From: Amoebophrya sp. A120
Lineage: Eukaryota > Protista > Dinoflagellata
Direction: 5' to 3'
DNA: 64,000 nt
Assembly (NCBI GenBank): GCA_905178155.1
Contig: CAJINV010000005.1
Span: forward strand, 1,046,564 to 1,110,563
The notes under the pieces are model-generated. The model saw nothing but the letters and a program-made list of their open reading frames with translations, was not told the origin of the DNA and did not search any database. Positions 12,707 through 24,581 of this stretch are shown one piece after another (within the stretch, counting starts at the first letter, position 1; each line of letters opens with the position of its first letter). The position numbers were made by a program, and so were the translations under genes.

Positions 12707-15330
12707 ATGGCCACAAAGAACGTGCAATTTGAGGTGACGGGGAGCAAGCCTCCCGCCCCGAAGCCGATGAAGAAGCAATTGTGGTCTCTGAATCCGGACC
12801 GCTACGACATCGATACGGTCATCGGGACGGGGTCCTATGGTAAGTGGAAGTTTATGGATCCTGGATGAAGATCGCAAGATAGAATTTCTATGCGAGACAT
12901 TCCTCTGTCGTACTACAGGACCGTGCACCAAGAACAGTGGATGGAAGTAAGCCACAGACCACTGCCAAGAGCATATTTTTTCCCACATCCACAACAGGTC
13001 AAGTGTACGGTGCACAGGACAAGTTTACGGGGAAGAAGGTCGCGATAAAGCGGTCGAAGGACGTGTTTGGTGAACTGACGGACTGCAAGCGAATGCTGAG
13101 GGAAATCGCCATACTGAACCGGATCGAGCACAAAAACGTCGTGCACCTGCACGAGCTGTATCTGCTGCCGAACCCTGCAAATTTCACAGAGATCGCCCTG
13201 GTCTTGGAGCAGTGTCAGTTTGATCTAAAGAAGCTGTACTTATTTTTTTGCTGCTATAATGATAATTCTGTTTCATGTATGCTTTTTTCGGTTCTTTCGC
13301 ATGCTGTGATTGTGCCATGTGCATGTCCACCTTCGGGAGCATCTTTCTTGATTAGAGAAACTGAAGCGTTACGAGCCTGTTTCACCAAAATGCACTGGAT
13401 TTTGAATCAGATTCAAATCGACGGAGCAGCTGAATGAAGCAGAATCAAGGACCTTGTTCTACCGGATTTGCTGCGGCGTCAACTACCTCCACTCACAGGG
13501 CGTCTGGCACCGCGACCTGAAACCAGCAAATGTATCATTGAACGATTTTTGCGTGACATATTCTGATTGCATCACACACTATCATTTTTATTTTCCGCTT
13601 GAAAAGGGTACTGTATCGTGCATAAAGATAAAACGCATGTCGAAAACCTACAGATCCTTCTCAACACGGACTGCACGGTGAAAGTGTGCTATCGCAAGAA
13701 AAAAACTGTCTTAGTCTCAACTTGTAATGCCGCGGACATTCTTTTTTCCTTGAGACCACAGGCTTTTGTCATAACATGCTCGACATGCAAGTGCAACCTA
13801 AGTCATCTTTCATTCGTGTTTTCTCTTGCTTCTGGCGCATCATTTCGTCCTGAGCGAATTTGTATTGCCGATTCTGCAAAGGTTTGAGACTGAGACAGTT
13901 TTTTCCTGGGATATGTGCGACTTCGGGCTGGCCCGCGCGGTTGGTCAGGACAACATGTCCCTGCAGATGCTGGAGCAGGGGGCTCAGGATGCACACGTGA
14001 AGCGCGACCTCACCGCCCACGTGGTCACCCGGTGGTACCGCGCGCCGGAGCTGATTCTGCTGCACGAAAACTACACGGAAGCGATTGACGTGTGGAGTCT
14101 CGGGTGCATCCTGTTCGAGGTGATGCTCATGGAAAAGAGATACTGCGAGAAGGCAGACATTCCGAAGAAGCGCGTGCCCCTGTTCCCGGGGGCCTGCTGC
14201 TACCCACTCAGTCCGCGGAAGGACAAGAACGACAATCCGATCGAGGTATAATGGAGATCAGGAGCGATTTTTGCAGTTGCTGCATTTAAACCGTTGTACA
14301 TTTATTTTTTGTTGTGCATAAAGTTAAAGTAGCATACGGAAAAATTCATCTCAGGTCGACCGCAAGCACGTGGACCAGCTGCGCGTGATTTTTGAGCACA
14401 CTGGGACGCCCAGCAAAGCCGACTACGAGTTTTTGAGCAATCCCGACGCTAAGCACTACTTGAAGAAGCACTTTCCCTCAGAGACGGCGAAGAAGCCGAT
14501 CTGGTTTTACCACCGCTTAAACGGCATTGAACCGAAGCTGCACGATCTGCTGTCCAGGTAGAAAGGATAGTAAGTTGTAATTGACGAATTATAGTTGTTA
14601 TACAAAGTTTGCCTACAGAAGTAGAATGAGGAACGAAACGAAATCTGGTGTAGCTGTTCATGCAGGAGTAGATCAAACACTTCTACTTCCAGAAAAACCC
14701 AATAACTCCGCCAGGTTGCTCGTGTTCAACCCGCAGAAACGCATGTCCCTGATGGATTGCATGCACCACGATTTTCTCGCGAAAACGGTCCGCGAAGAGG
14801 AGGCCCGAGGGAACTTTTTGCCGGGCCGGGGGCCGCACCGGGGGGAGGACGTCGATATGATGGACATGAACGGGAACTGCATCGTGGAAAGCATCAAGTT
14901 GCCGTTTCCGGACCACTATCAAATGCAAAAATGTCTGGGTCTGGAAGAATGAAAGATTTATCATGCTTGTCTGGCATGACTGTTAACTCTGTGATGCTTA
15001 GGCGTAAAAAGATCCTCTTGCGTGTCATGCAAAAATGGAGCCTGTCATGCGGAATACGCAACATACAGGAGCTCAAAAACTTGTCATGCTTGGTCACCTA
15101 TATCAGTGAGCTCATTACTGATACAGTCGCATCACAAGTTTCCAGACCCAGACATATTTGCATTTGATAACCACCTGGAGATGAATGAACCGGAGTTGCG
15201 CCAGTACTACGTGTACGGATTGGAAGTGAGACTAAATTTCGTGGAACGCACAGGAGGCAAGCATCGCAGTAAAGGATCCATATTTGCAGTGTTGGAACGC
15301 GGTGGATTTAACTTGTCATGCGAGCAGTGA
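12707..15330 (+). CDS. Atypical alveolate-type MAP kinase (T-A-H activation motif; Plasmodium MAP-2-like); 3' end uncertain
   Basis: Spliced protein IGTGSYG|[16 protein letters not shown]|[12 protein letters not shown]|[35 protein letters not shown] introns 12840-12997, 13236-13410, 13532-13653, 14246-14354, 14558-14714. TIR elements at 13690 and 14917. Confidence 0.9.
13690..13913. mobile_element. Introner-like TIR element, family C; TSD TGTGC; splits the kinase KVC|DFG
   Basis: Left tatcgcaagaaaaaaactgtcttagtctcaa; right ttgagactgagacagttttttcctgggata. tgtgc at 13685-13689 and 13914-13918. Confidence 0.95.
14917..15169. mobile_element. Introner-like TIR element, family A; TSD ACCAC
   Basis: Left tatcaaatgcaaaaatgtctgggtctggaa; right ttccagacccagacatatttgcatttgata. 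accac at 14912-14916 and 15170-15174. Removing 258 nt gives FPDH|[11 protein letters not shown]. Confidence 0.95.
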
Positions 15331-16492
15331 TTCAGAGCAGTTTAGTTACAGTAGGGGAGCTGCGTGCTCCTGCACTGGACCTGCAACAGGTTGTGCGTAC
15401 ACGATCTGTAGTTTATTTGCAAGTGATAACGGGCAGGAAGAGTCGATTAGCCGCGTGCGCGACCAGAATAACCGCCGCACCAGGAGCGTCAACATGCACC
15501 GGTGAGAAAGGTGGGTGAATCTTGTGTGCCAGGTGGGTTTCCGGAGAAGCATCCCTGCTATTTTTAGTTGTTGCGCGCCCACAATTTCGAAATTCTTTCA
15601 ATTTTTCAAAGAAAACCTTTAACCTAATCATGCACCGACTACGGATACATTGGAATTGGTCCAGAGATGACAAAAAGAAAGTTTTTCGATATGACATGCG
15701 CATATCACAAAGTCGAGAGATTACCTTTTACTAGCAAAGAGAGAGTACCTCTACCAGAGTCTACCATAACTGAAATTTTGGAAGAAAGATTACAAGCGAA
15801 GATTTTTCATGAAATGCCATGTAAAAAACAGGTTTTTGATTTACAAAATTATATTTCACCACATTGTCGTTTTGTCATGAAGTGTTTGTAGGATGGTTTC
15901 GCGTACTAGTAGCGGAAGGGCTACTTCAGATGCAAATGAATTTTGATGATTTAGTTTCAAGAAGGCGAGCACAGCACTTTTTCATGAACGAGCATGCCCT
16001 TGCAGAGGTATTAATTTACTTGGCACTAACTACAAAAATCGCAAACGGCGATGATGTGACCATGACACGCACAGGATTCCAAGCATGACCATACAACCCC
16101 TTTTGGCATCGAAAGTCAACATCAATTACCCTGCTATAATTGACGCTCATTTATTCGTCTTCAAGAGAATTTTTTGTGAACAGCAATCGGAACTAGCAAG
16201 AAAAAGTCTATTTGTTGCGACTTTTAGCTGTCGTCGTTTCAGCGTGTTTTTGTACCGCGGGGCGTGTTCATGCCTCCATCCCGAATACCCGGAGTCTTCA
16301 CCGACTGATGACTGGCTACTCAACGTAGCATCTAATGTCCGGTGGAGAAACTTCTGGCGTACTTAACAGCTTTCTCACAAATACGACGAGAGGCACGACT
16401 CTACTTCGGTTCTTCCAATAAAGGCGATTAGAATCCAAATCTCAGATCAACGTCTTCCTCGTGTAAATAAAAATCGAAAAGCAAAACCGAAG

Positions 16493-19171
16493 ATGACGTC
16501 CCCCGTGTCGTCCCCTACATCTTCCGGTCAGGGAAATGCCAGTAGCGGTGTGTTGGAAAAGAAAGCGCAAGGAGCTGCCTCGTCTTCCACGGACGTCGCT
16601 GCGGTATACTGTTCTTTAGACTTTTCTCACTTTGCTTGCCACGCTACCTAACATTCTATTCAATTTTCATATTGCATTGTCGATGTCTTGTTCAAGTGAA
16701 GGTGGTCGAATAAATCGTTTTCATCTCAAGTTTGGTCTTTCCATCGACATCGTTCCTTTCCAGGCGCCATCCGCTGCCGCAGCTCCGTCCGGGGGTTCAT
16801 CGAAGTCGGACAGCAAAGACTACTACGGGGCGTATGGTCAGGAGCAGGACTTTTACGACTACAACACGGGCGGAGATCATGATTACAACTACGACTATCA
16901 CGGACAAGCAGGAGCAGGGGCTGCTGGTCCGGCACACGACCAGCAGCACGACGAGGCCTACGACCCCAACTACGACTACAGCCAGGACTACAGCAACAGC
17001 AACGTGGCGTCTTCCACGTCCTACCACGACTACAACAATTACTACCCGCCGACCAGTGCTTCCGGGGAGCACAACTACTACGCGATCCCGATCGCAATGG
17101 AGCCCTACGCGATTTTGGAAGAAGCCTCGCAAAAAATCAGCTACAACACGGACTGGGCTGGGCGGGAAATCCGGAAGCAGATGGCGCAGTGCCGGGTTCG
17201 CCTGCAGGAACACGTGATCCACCGGAGGCGACAGGTGTCCGACGCGGACACGGACAGCGAGGACGATGAAAACGTATCGCAAGAAAAAAGTGTTACAGTT
17301 ACACATTGTGTTGCAGGCCACGCAAGACAGACAAGCTCTGTCATGCCGGATATGCATAGGAGCCTCGTTTCATAGGTGTTTTCCCGTAGGATTTCTGCAT
17401 TGCAAATTTTCTCTCTCATGCAAAGAAATTTGCGTTGCTGAATTCACTACAAATGTGTAACTGTAACACTTTTTTCGTGGGATAAAACGAGGCGTTTTAC
17501 GACTACCGCCAGCATTTGAACCAGCATTTGCAGGAGGCTTGGACGAAAAAGCAGCAGGAACAACTGGAAAAAGATTTGGTTCCCGTGTTTGAGTTCTTGG
17601 ATTCTTTCCACTTAGTGGGGCAGCAACTGGAGTTCATCGCGTCGCAAGTCTCGCAAACCTCCATGGCTCTCGCGGAAAACGTGACCAACTGGTGCGCGGC
17701 GGAGTACGGCTGGACCAAGCACGTGCAGACGTTGAACATGAAAAGCAGCGACTTGCGGCACAAACAGGCCATCGCCCAGGCGAACAACAATCGAGTCAAG
17801 TATAAATGAATGTAGTTTTTGTGCTTCCATGATGGTACACGTTCTTTGGATAAAAATGGCAGAATTTCGAAGTTGTAGAATAAGTTCTTCTCTGTAATTT
17901 TTACGAAGTAAAAATGCGTTGTAGTTCGTGCATGGCACAATAAAGCTGCCTATGAGACCACTTAAAACACCGACCTCCACGGCAATATCAGGCAGCAGAT
18001 GCTCCTTATCGGGGAGGAGCAGAAGCCGTCTTGGTTTTCGCGGAAGGGGAAGTCGCTTGAAAAGCTCGCTGAGGACCAGCATCGACACCAGCAGGCCATC
18101 GCGGATTTTGAGGAGCAGCAGGAGAGTCTGGAAACGGTGAAATCGAAGTTGATTCCGCAGGTCCATGAAGACCTGGAGAAGAAGCGGAAGGAGATTTTGC
18201 AGGCGGTGGACGACCTGTTTCTCAAAGCGAACTTCGTCGTCGGCTACAAGACGGACCCGAAGGAGTTCCGGAAAACCACGCTCGGGGAAGACAAAACCGC
18301 GGCCGGAGGAAGTGCCGGCACAGCAGGTTTTTCGGCGGATGAGTTGGGTCCGCCGCTGTCGTCCAAGCAGTCGCTCAGTGCTAGCGACGAAAAAGGTATG
18401 AACGTGAAGCAGGCGAGTAAAGTGACGCCGGTAGACAACGTGCGCATGGCGGATGAAGTGGCGGTTCCAGCTGAGCACCACGCGGAGAACGAAAATGATG
18501 TGTCTTCAAAGGAGCAAACCAGTAGAAAAGATGTGGATGGAAGTGCCAATAAGGGTGGAAAACCTCCTGGTTCTACCAGTATGTTGAAAGGCTTTGGAAA
18601 AGGAAAACCGGAGGCGCCCCCGAGTAGTTTTCATCCGAGCGCAGGAGCTGCGGATGCGGAAAGTGCGAAGCGCCCGGTGGCGTTTCCGAGCAGGACTGGT
18701 CCCGCTGCTGAGGCAGACAAACCCGCGGCTCCCCCGGTCGCAGCCGCGGCGAATGTGGAAACCCCAAAGCGGCCGGGCGCGCCACCACCGACGACCGAGA
18801 AAGAGATATCGAAAGAAGAAGGTGTAAGCGAAACCACGTCTGTCACACCCAGCGTAGCCGCGACCGTGAGCACCTCAACAGCGGCTACGTCCGCTGTGGT
18901 GTATGAACCCCCGGCACCGCCACCACCAGCACCAGCTGCTGTTGCGCAAGAGACGAAAAGTACTTCCGAAGAGGAGATTGTCGTCGCGGAACCGGAACGA
19001 GGCAGTGCTGCAGGGGGACAAGACCAATTGCCGGGCGCGGTGGTGACTGAAGCAACTACGGGAAAGAAGGCCTCGAAAGGGAAGAAGAAGAAAGGGAAAA
19101 ACGGAGGCTCAGCTGCGTCTTCCTCATCGTCGTCCAGGATTCTGGAGGCGGCAAACAATCCTTTGGCTTAG
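16493..19171 (+). CDS. Hypothetical protein (Tyr/Asp-rich N-terminal part, coiled-coil middle, Ala/Pro/Lys-rich tail); predicted exons 16493-16603, 16764-17274, 17490-17799, 17992-19171
   Basis: GT-AG introns 16604-16763 and 17800-17991, plus the element at 17275, join ORFs 16632, 17516 and 17999 in frame. Confidence 0.7.
17275..17484. mobile_element. Introner-like TIR element, family C-related; TSD AAACG
   Basis: Left tatcgcaagaaaaaagtgttacagttacacatt; right aatgtgtaactgtaacacttttttcgtgggata. aaacg at 17270-17274 and 17485-17489. Removing 215 nt gives DEN|EAFYDY. Confidence 0.93.
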
Positions 19172-19705
19172 CGGTTGCTCGGGAAGGGAAACGCTTTCTT
19201 TTTTCCGCCCTTGAAAACAAGCATGCTAGCGTAGTGCTTCGGTTTTTTTGAAACGAGCATCAATGGTAAGTTCTGCTTTTCTTGCAAAGATTGGAAGTTG
19301 GATTGAGCACCCATCATCAGTCGTATCCCGGTGAGCAGAAGGCTATCGCTGTGTAAGTAGGTAGATCAGAGGTGAACAGTTTAAAATTCGGCAGTTCTGC
19401 CTCCCTTGTTGTGGCCGGCTCGCTTGAAGATGCCAGTTACAAGGGCCGTGTTTTTGCGATAATGCGCTTACAAGGTCGAGAAGCCGCATGGAAGGTTAAA
19501 GTTATTGGAGAGAGCAGAGCAACATCAAAATCTCTCAACCCGAGATGGCTGCGTCAGAAAAAAATATCAATCAAGAGGGAAAACATTCGTATAAACAACG
19601 AGTTGAGAAGTCTCGATGAAGAATTATGAGGAAATGTTTCGCAATCTACTAAGTATTCGAAGGAACCAGTAAGTACCTTTCTGATATCAAACACCTTCGT
19701 CGAAG

Positions 19706-21204
19706 ATGATGCAGCAGTCTCCATCTCCGCACCGTTCGGCATCGGCGCCCTCCACGGCTCCCCGCAGCCGTGGCCGCTGCTCTACTGCAGCGTGGGTTTT
19801 TCTCGCAGCAAGCTTACGCGAACTTTATTTGCGTGGCCCGCAGCTGCAAGATCCTGAGTCGCATACTCTTGTTTCGGTGTGGGGCGTCGTCGCGGACGAG
19901 CACGGTGCGCAAGAACGCAAATCGGAATCCTCAATTTCTGACGCTGGGGAAACCAGTGTCTTGCTTCGAAGCGAGCATTTGCAAAACGGCAAGGATTTGC
20001 AGAGGAGAGAAACAGAAGACCGACATCATGACCATTCTGCGGGAAGAGTGTCAACATCTTCCTTTCGTTCCAGCCAGAACGAAGGAAAAGTCCATCCAAC
20101 GCAAAAGCCGAAGCCAGGGAAGCAGCTGAGGGACGAAGCAGCAGTAGCTGCAGCACAAGAAGAACCGCCGGAAGATAGGACGAAAAACCCAAACGCGATT
20201 CCGACACGGGACAAGAACTTGAAGATGCAGGACAAGCACGAGTTTTTGCTGAACAGTACTGCTAGCACTGCTTCGCTGGCACAAGAACATCAAGGCCAAC
20301 AAAGCGTCGCGAAGGTTGGCAGAGGAGCTGCGGGGAGAAATAAACGCGCTGGTCGTGCAAAGGGTGATACGATCAAGGCGCTGTGCGAAAAGTACGAGCG
20401 GCATAGCGATATTTCCGACGGGAGCCTGTGTGCGCTGACGACCGACACGCGATGCTCCATAAAAACGCCGGAAGCCGATGACGCAGAGCTTGAGGACCCG
20501 ATCGACGGCCAGTGCTGGGAGATCGGGTCCACCGACTGCCCCTTCGGCACGGAGGGGACCAAGTGCGAAACGATAGACGACTGCGCGGCGGCGGCCGACC
20601 GGGGCAAGGCCAAGTTTTTCGCCTACGGGACCGGCGCAAACGACTACTGGTGCAAAATCTACGACGTTTGCCCTAGGACAGCGGAATAAATACGGGGAAA
20701 CTAAGTTGTCAACTGATCGACCGCCTTTTTTACGAACTGCAATAAAGTGTCTCTGTTGTGGCATGTTATTTTTTGCACCGTTCGTGCTGTGAGGTGGCCT
20801 CGATTTATTTCTTTCGGAGAACCTTTTTTTCAGGGCAGTTTCCTTCATTTTTGCAGAAGAGAAAATATAAGGTGAAAGTGAAACATATTGCAGCAGGAGA
20901 AAATATCAGTGCACGGGTTTTCTTCATCTTCACTGTCATATCCTCCGCGGCGTACAAGGAGAGCTGGACCACAGCCCACGAGTACAAGACCTACAAGTGC
21001 ATCGAAACCGAGAAGGTAGACGGAGGCAAAAACGCGACCGAAAACGACACCTCTACAGAAGACTCCGGGAAAGGTCAAGACGATGGTACAGCAGAAGCGG
21101 AGACTGCGGAAGATCACATGATGCTGATAGCTGCCGGTGGGGCGGGTGCAGCGGTTGTCGGGGGACTGCTGTACTACCACATAAATGTGAAGCCACTGTT
21201 TTAG
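19706..21204 (+). CDS. Putative type I membrane/surface protein with Cys-rich (PAN/apple-like) domain; paralog 1
   Basis: N-terminal hydrophobic stretch (AAWVFLAASL), Cys-rich domain (CETIDDCAAAADRGKAKFFAY..YWCKIYDVCP), C-terminal hydrophobic segment MMLIAAGGAGAAVVGGLLYY. Frame restored by removing 20674-20945. Confidence 0.65.
20674..20940. mobile_element. Decayed TIR intron element; TSD TGCCC/TCCTC
   Basis: Left taggacagcgga vs reverse complement of right end tatgacagtgaa. Removing 272 nt gives DVCP|AAYKESW and keeps the Cys-Pro seen in the paralog (DACPT). Confidence 0.65.
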
Positions 21205-21980
21205 CGTTTTCACATGAGCAGTTCGTAGAGGAAGCACATCATCTCTCCTTCATTGTTGCGGAGTAGTGGCTGGTTGTAAGAAGCTATGTCAGACATATGT
21301 CAACCTCAACACGTAGAGCAGGAGGTGTAATAAAAAACGCTTTGTTTCCTACTTTTTTGATTCGAGATTGCGGTCTTGTGCATTATAGTGCCGATGAACA
21401 TAGATGAAGTGATGCGGTCGTAAGGACCACACGCATGATTTTCATGGGACGCATTCGTGAATAATAACGGAGAATTCATCGGGCTGGTTGAACACGATGT
21501 TGCATTTGAAACGGAGTCAAGCGCACATGTGCCGTCTTCACTAACGAGCACTGGCAAAACGATCATTCGCATGTGATCTGCGAGTCTTGGCGTCAGCATG
21601 TGTGCGACGGCGCCGAGCTTTGAGTACCTCTTGCGCGGTGGTTGAAGAAGACGTGCGTGGAGCGGCAGTCTGTCAAGCAAGGGAAAACAACAATGAGGAG
21701 GATACTACTGACGAGACGAGTTGGACTTTTTACATCATAGTTAGAAGTTTTCCTTGCCCTTGGTATGACAGAGTGATGGACCAGAGTAGAATTTGTATAA
21801 GTAATTTGAAATTGGTTATTTCTTTGTTTTGCGACCATGTTCCGTGTCCTTTCAATAGCAGGGCGTAATTCAGGGCGTGTCAGGGCGTGATTCGCTGCCA
21901 GCGGATCATGCGAGACTTGAAGAGCAACAGCAAGTGCACAACATGATGCAACGACAGCGGGGCCACGAAAAACAAACCGA

Positions 21981-23843
21981 ATGCAGTTAGGTCTTGGAAA
22001 AACGTCTTCCCGTAGTTCGGCATCTCTGCGATCCGGCCGCCCGGCACTCGCGCGCCACGAGCGGATACGCTTCGCAGCGTGGGTTTATGCCTGTGCTGCA
22101 ACGAGGATCCAGGGCGTTGCAGTCGACCCGAGTCAACACTTGTTGGTAGACCAGCACAACGAGAAGCAGGAGCAGCCTGCCCAGAGCATAATTTCCGACA
22201 CGGGGGAGACCGATGAACTACCAGCGAGCGGCCTTTTGCTCAGAAGCGAGCACGTGGAGAATCGACCGGAACGAGGGCAGCAGGAAAGTGTACTAGAGGT
22301 CGACGTCACGGCAGCTTCACCGTCCAGTGCTGATACGAAAAATGTAGTTTCTGAGAAAAGTAGTAGTGCACGAGGTAAAGAAGACGTGCAAGAAGCATTA
22401 GCACCGACAGACCAGCAACGGGACCGCGGCGAAGAAGTAGCTGTAGATGAAGCGCACCGTCTTGCAGCTCGCGTAGAAGCTCAAACGTTGTTCAGAAACG
22501 AAACTTCAGCGGTGCTGCGTCCACAAACAGAACAGCATACGCAAGGGCGGGAGTTTTTGAATGCTAGTGCCAAGGATCGAGCAGGCATAGGAATCATCCG
22601 AACTACGGGGGGAATCGTGAAGAATAATTACACGACCTCCGGAGTAGAAGATGAAGGAGTGTGGCGCCCAGGAAGTGCAAGTGCGCTGCTTGATGAAGGT
22701 AGTAGTATACAGGGATCTGCGAGTGGTGGTCGTGTAGTAGCAATCCACACAACATCAAGGGAAGATGAACATGAACAAAAAGGTGAGCAGTTTAAATTTG
22801 CGACCCGTGCCGGACAGGGGTTCTGTGACGCTGGATATGATGTCTACGACGCGGTTCCCTCCGGTAAAATATGTGGACGAGCGGACGGTGAAGAGTGCAC
22901 CTGGAGAGTCTGGTGCGGAGACTACACGAGCATTTTGCATTGCAGGGAGTCCGGAGGTTCGTATGTGCACAAACCGGGTATGGTTTTTTTTGCCGTTCGA
23001 CCCGCCGGTCTCGGGCACGTGCAAGCTGATGTGGGGGAAAAAATGCCCATTTGACGTGAACAAAACCAGTCCCACGTTTGACGACGATTTCTGTACCTCG
23101 ACGGACGTCTGCGCCGCGGAGGCCGACCGTGCGCACGCAGCCTTCTTCTCGTGGAAGAAAACTCCAAAGGAAGGAGGCGGTTATGTTTATTGGTGCAGGG
23201 TATTTGACGCTTGCCCCACCGCCAGGTCGGACTCAGCTGGCTTTGTGACCTATTAGCAAATGCAAATATGTCTGGGTCTGGAAACTTGTAATGCTTGCTA
23301 GGGAAGAGTGAATGCCCTGCCACTGTAATGCGCCGCCTTGCATGAGAAAGGTCTGCGCTGCTTAGTGTTGCGTTTTCCGCATGACATTTGCATGACACCA
23401 CAAACACCGTGAGGACGACCACAGGGGGCCCGTCTCAATGATGATGATGATGATGATGACGACAGGCAAGAGGCCCTTTTCCGGCTAGTCATACCAGACA
23501 AGCATGACAAACGCGCATTCTTCCAGACCCAGACATATTTGCATTCCATACCTATCGCTGCAAGACAACGACGACAACCACCACCTCCACGACCACCACT
23601 ACCTCGACGACGACCACGACGACATCCACCACAACCAGCATTTCCGTGAACGAAACTGCCCAAGACAACGCGACCGCCGAAGAGAAGGGCGGAGGCAACG
23701 GTGCGGACGAGAAAGCAGCGGCCGCCGGAACGGGAGGCGGCACCACCAACATTATGCTACTAGGCGGCGGAGCTCTGGCCTTTGGGGGAGGATTGTACTT
23801 CTACCTCGGCCAAGAAGCCGACGGAGGTGCAGGGGCGTTCTGA
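21981..23843 (+). CDS. Putative type I membrane/surface protein with Cys-rich domain and Thr-rich stalk; paralog 2; unresolved frame change near 22900-22990
   Basis: Shares ISDxGET..LLRSEH and CxxxDxCAAxADRxxAxFF..YWCxxxDxCP with paralog 1. After removing element 23254: FVTY|RCKTTTTTTTS...; TM-like IMLLGGGALAFGGGLYFYL. Confidence 0.6.
23254..23550. mobile_element. Introner-like TIR element, family A (opposite orientation to 14917); TSD CCTAT; internal (GAT)n microsatellite
   Basis: Left tagcaaatgcaaatatgtctgggtctggaa; right ttccagacccagacatatttgcattccata. cctat at 23249-23253 and 23551-23555. Removing 302 nt restores frame. Confidence 0.93.
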
Positions 23844-24581
23844 GGTGGAGGAACAAAACAACATCCGTTTTGGTATAGAATTACCGCACCACAACCAGGT
23901 AGAACAAAGAACTCTGTACTGTGATTCTTGTTTTTATTACGCTTAGCGTACTGAGTTAGGCATTTCCATTTGAGAAAGAGTTTGCCGGGCAGCTCCGGAA
24001 ATGTTCACTACTGCTCAACTGCAACGCCCGAGACAGTGGAATAATTGATCTGAGGCAGTGTAGTGGCCTTTGCCTTGTTTCTGGAGCGCAAGTAGTTCTG
24101 CTTCCAGGAATGAGATGCCATAGGAAAAACGCTACGGGTGTAATATTATATTTATTCGCACTGGTCGTGGGTTTCGGTTTTCGTGGAGGAGATATCTTGA
24201 AACTCGCTAGGTCGAAGGGGGTTTTTGCGTGTTTGCTTCTCTTGCAGGGATCGGTTGTTGGCGAAGAAGGATACTGCGACTGCCATCCCGGGGAATGAGA
24301 AAAGACCTTGCTTTAGTACTTGTTTGTGAACTCTAGGAACCCGAACTGTCTGATATTTTTGCTCAAGCCGCAGATGTATTCTTACTTACGAAGGGAGAAT
24401 GAAGTGCCAGTACATTTGCTTCGTTTATCTTCCGGCATGCGGTTGTTTTGCTAGCGAAACTTGCGTCGAGGAATAGTTCTGATGAAATTTAGTTTAGTAG
24501 TACCAATTAAAAGCAGAACTGTTGACACTGTCGTATTTTTTTCCCTTTGGAACATGCATCATTGAGGTTCGCATTGGTAAA

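Noticed and set aside
15213-15289. Possible further small TIR element (tacggatt...gatccata) at the MAPK 3' end
   Set aside because: No matching TSD and only a 7-8 bp imperfect inverted repeat. The terminal exon could not be resolved.
14757-15330. Recurrent short peptides in the ORF track ([29 protein letters not shown]) suggesting a repeated protein domain
   Set aside because: They are translations of family A and B TIRs in various frames and strands, not protein.
21858-21890. cagggcgt three times upstream of gene 21981 as a promoter element
   Set aside because: Not seen upstream of the paralog or other genes, and too short to support a call.
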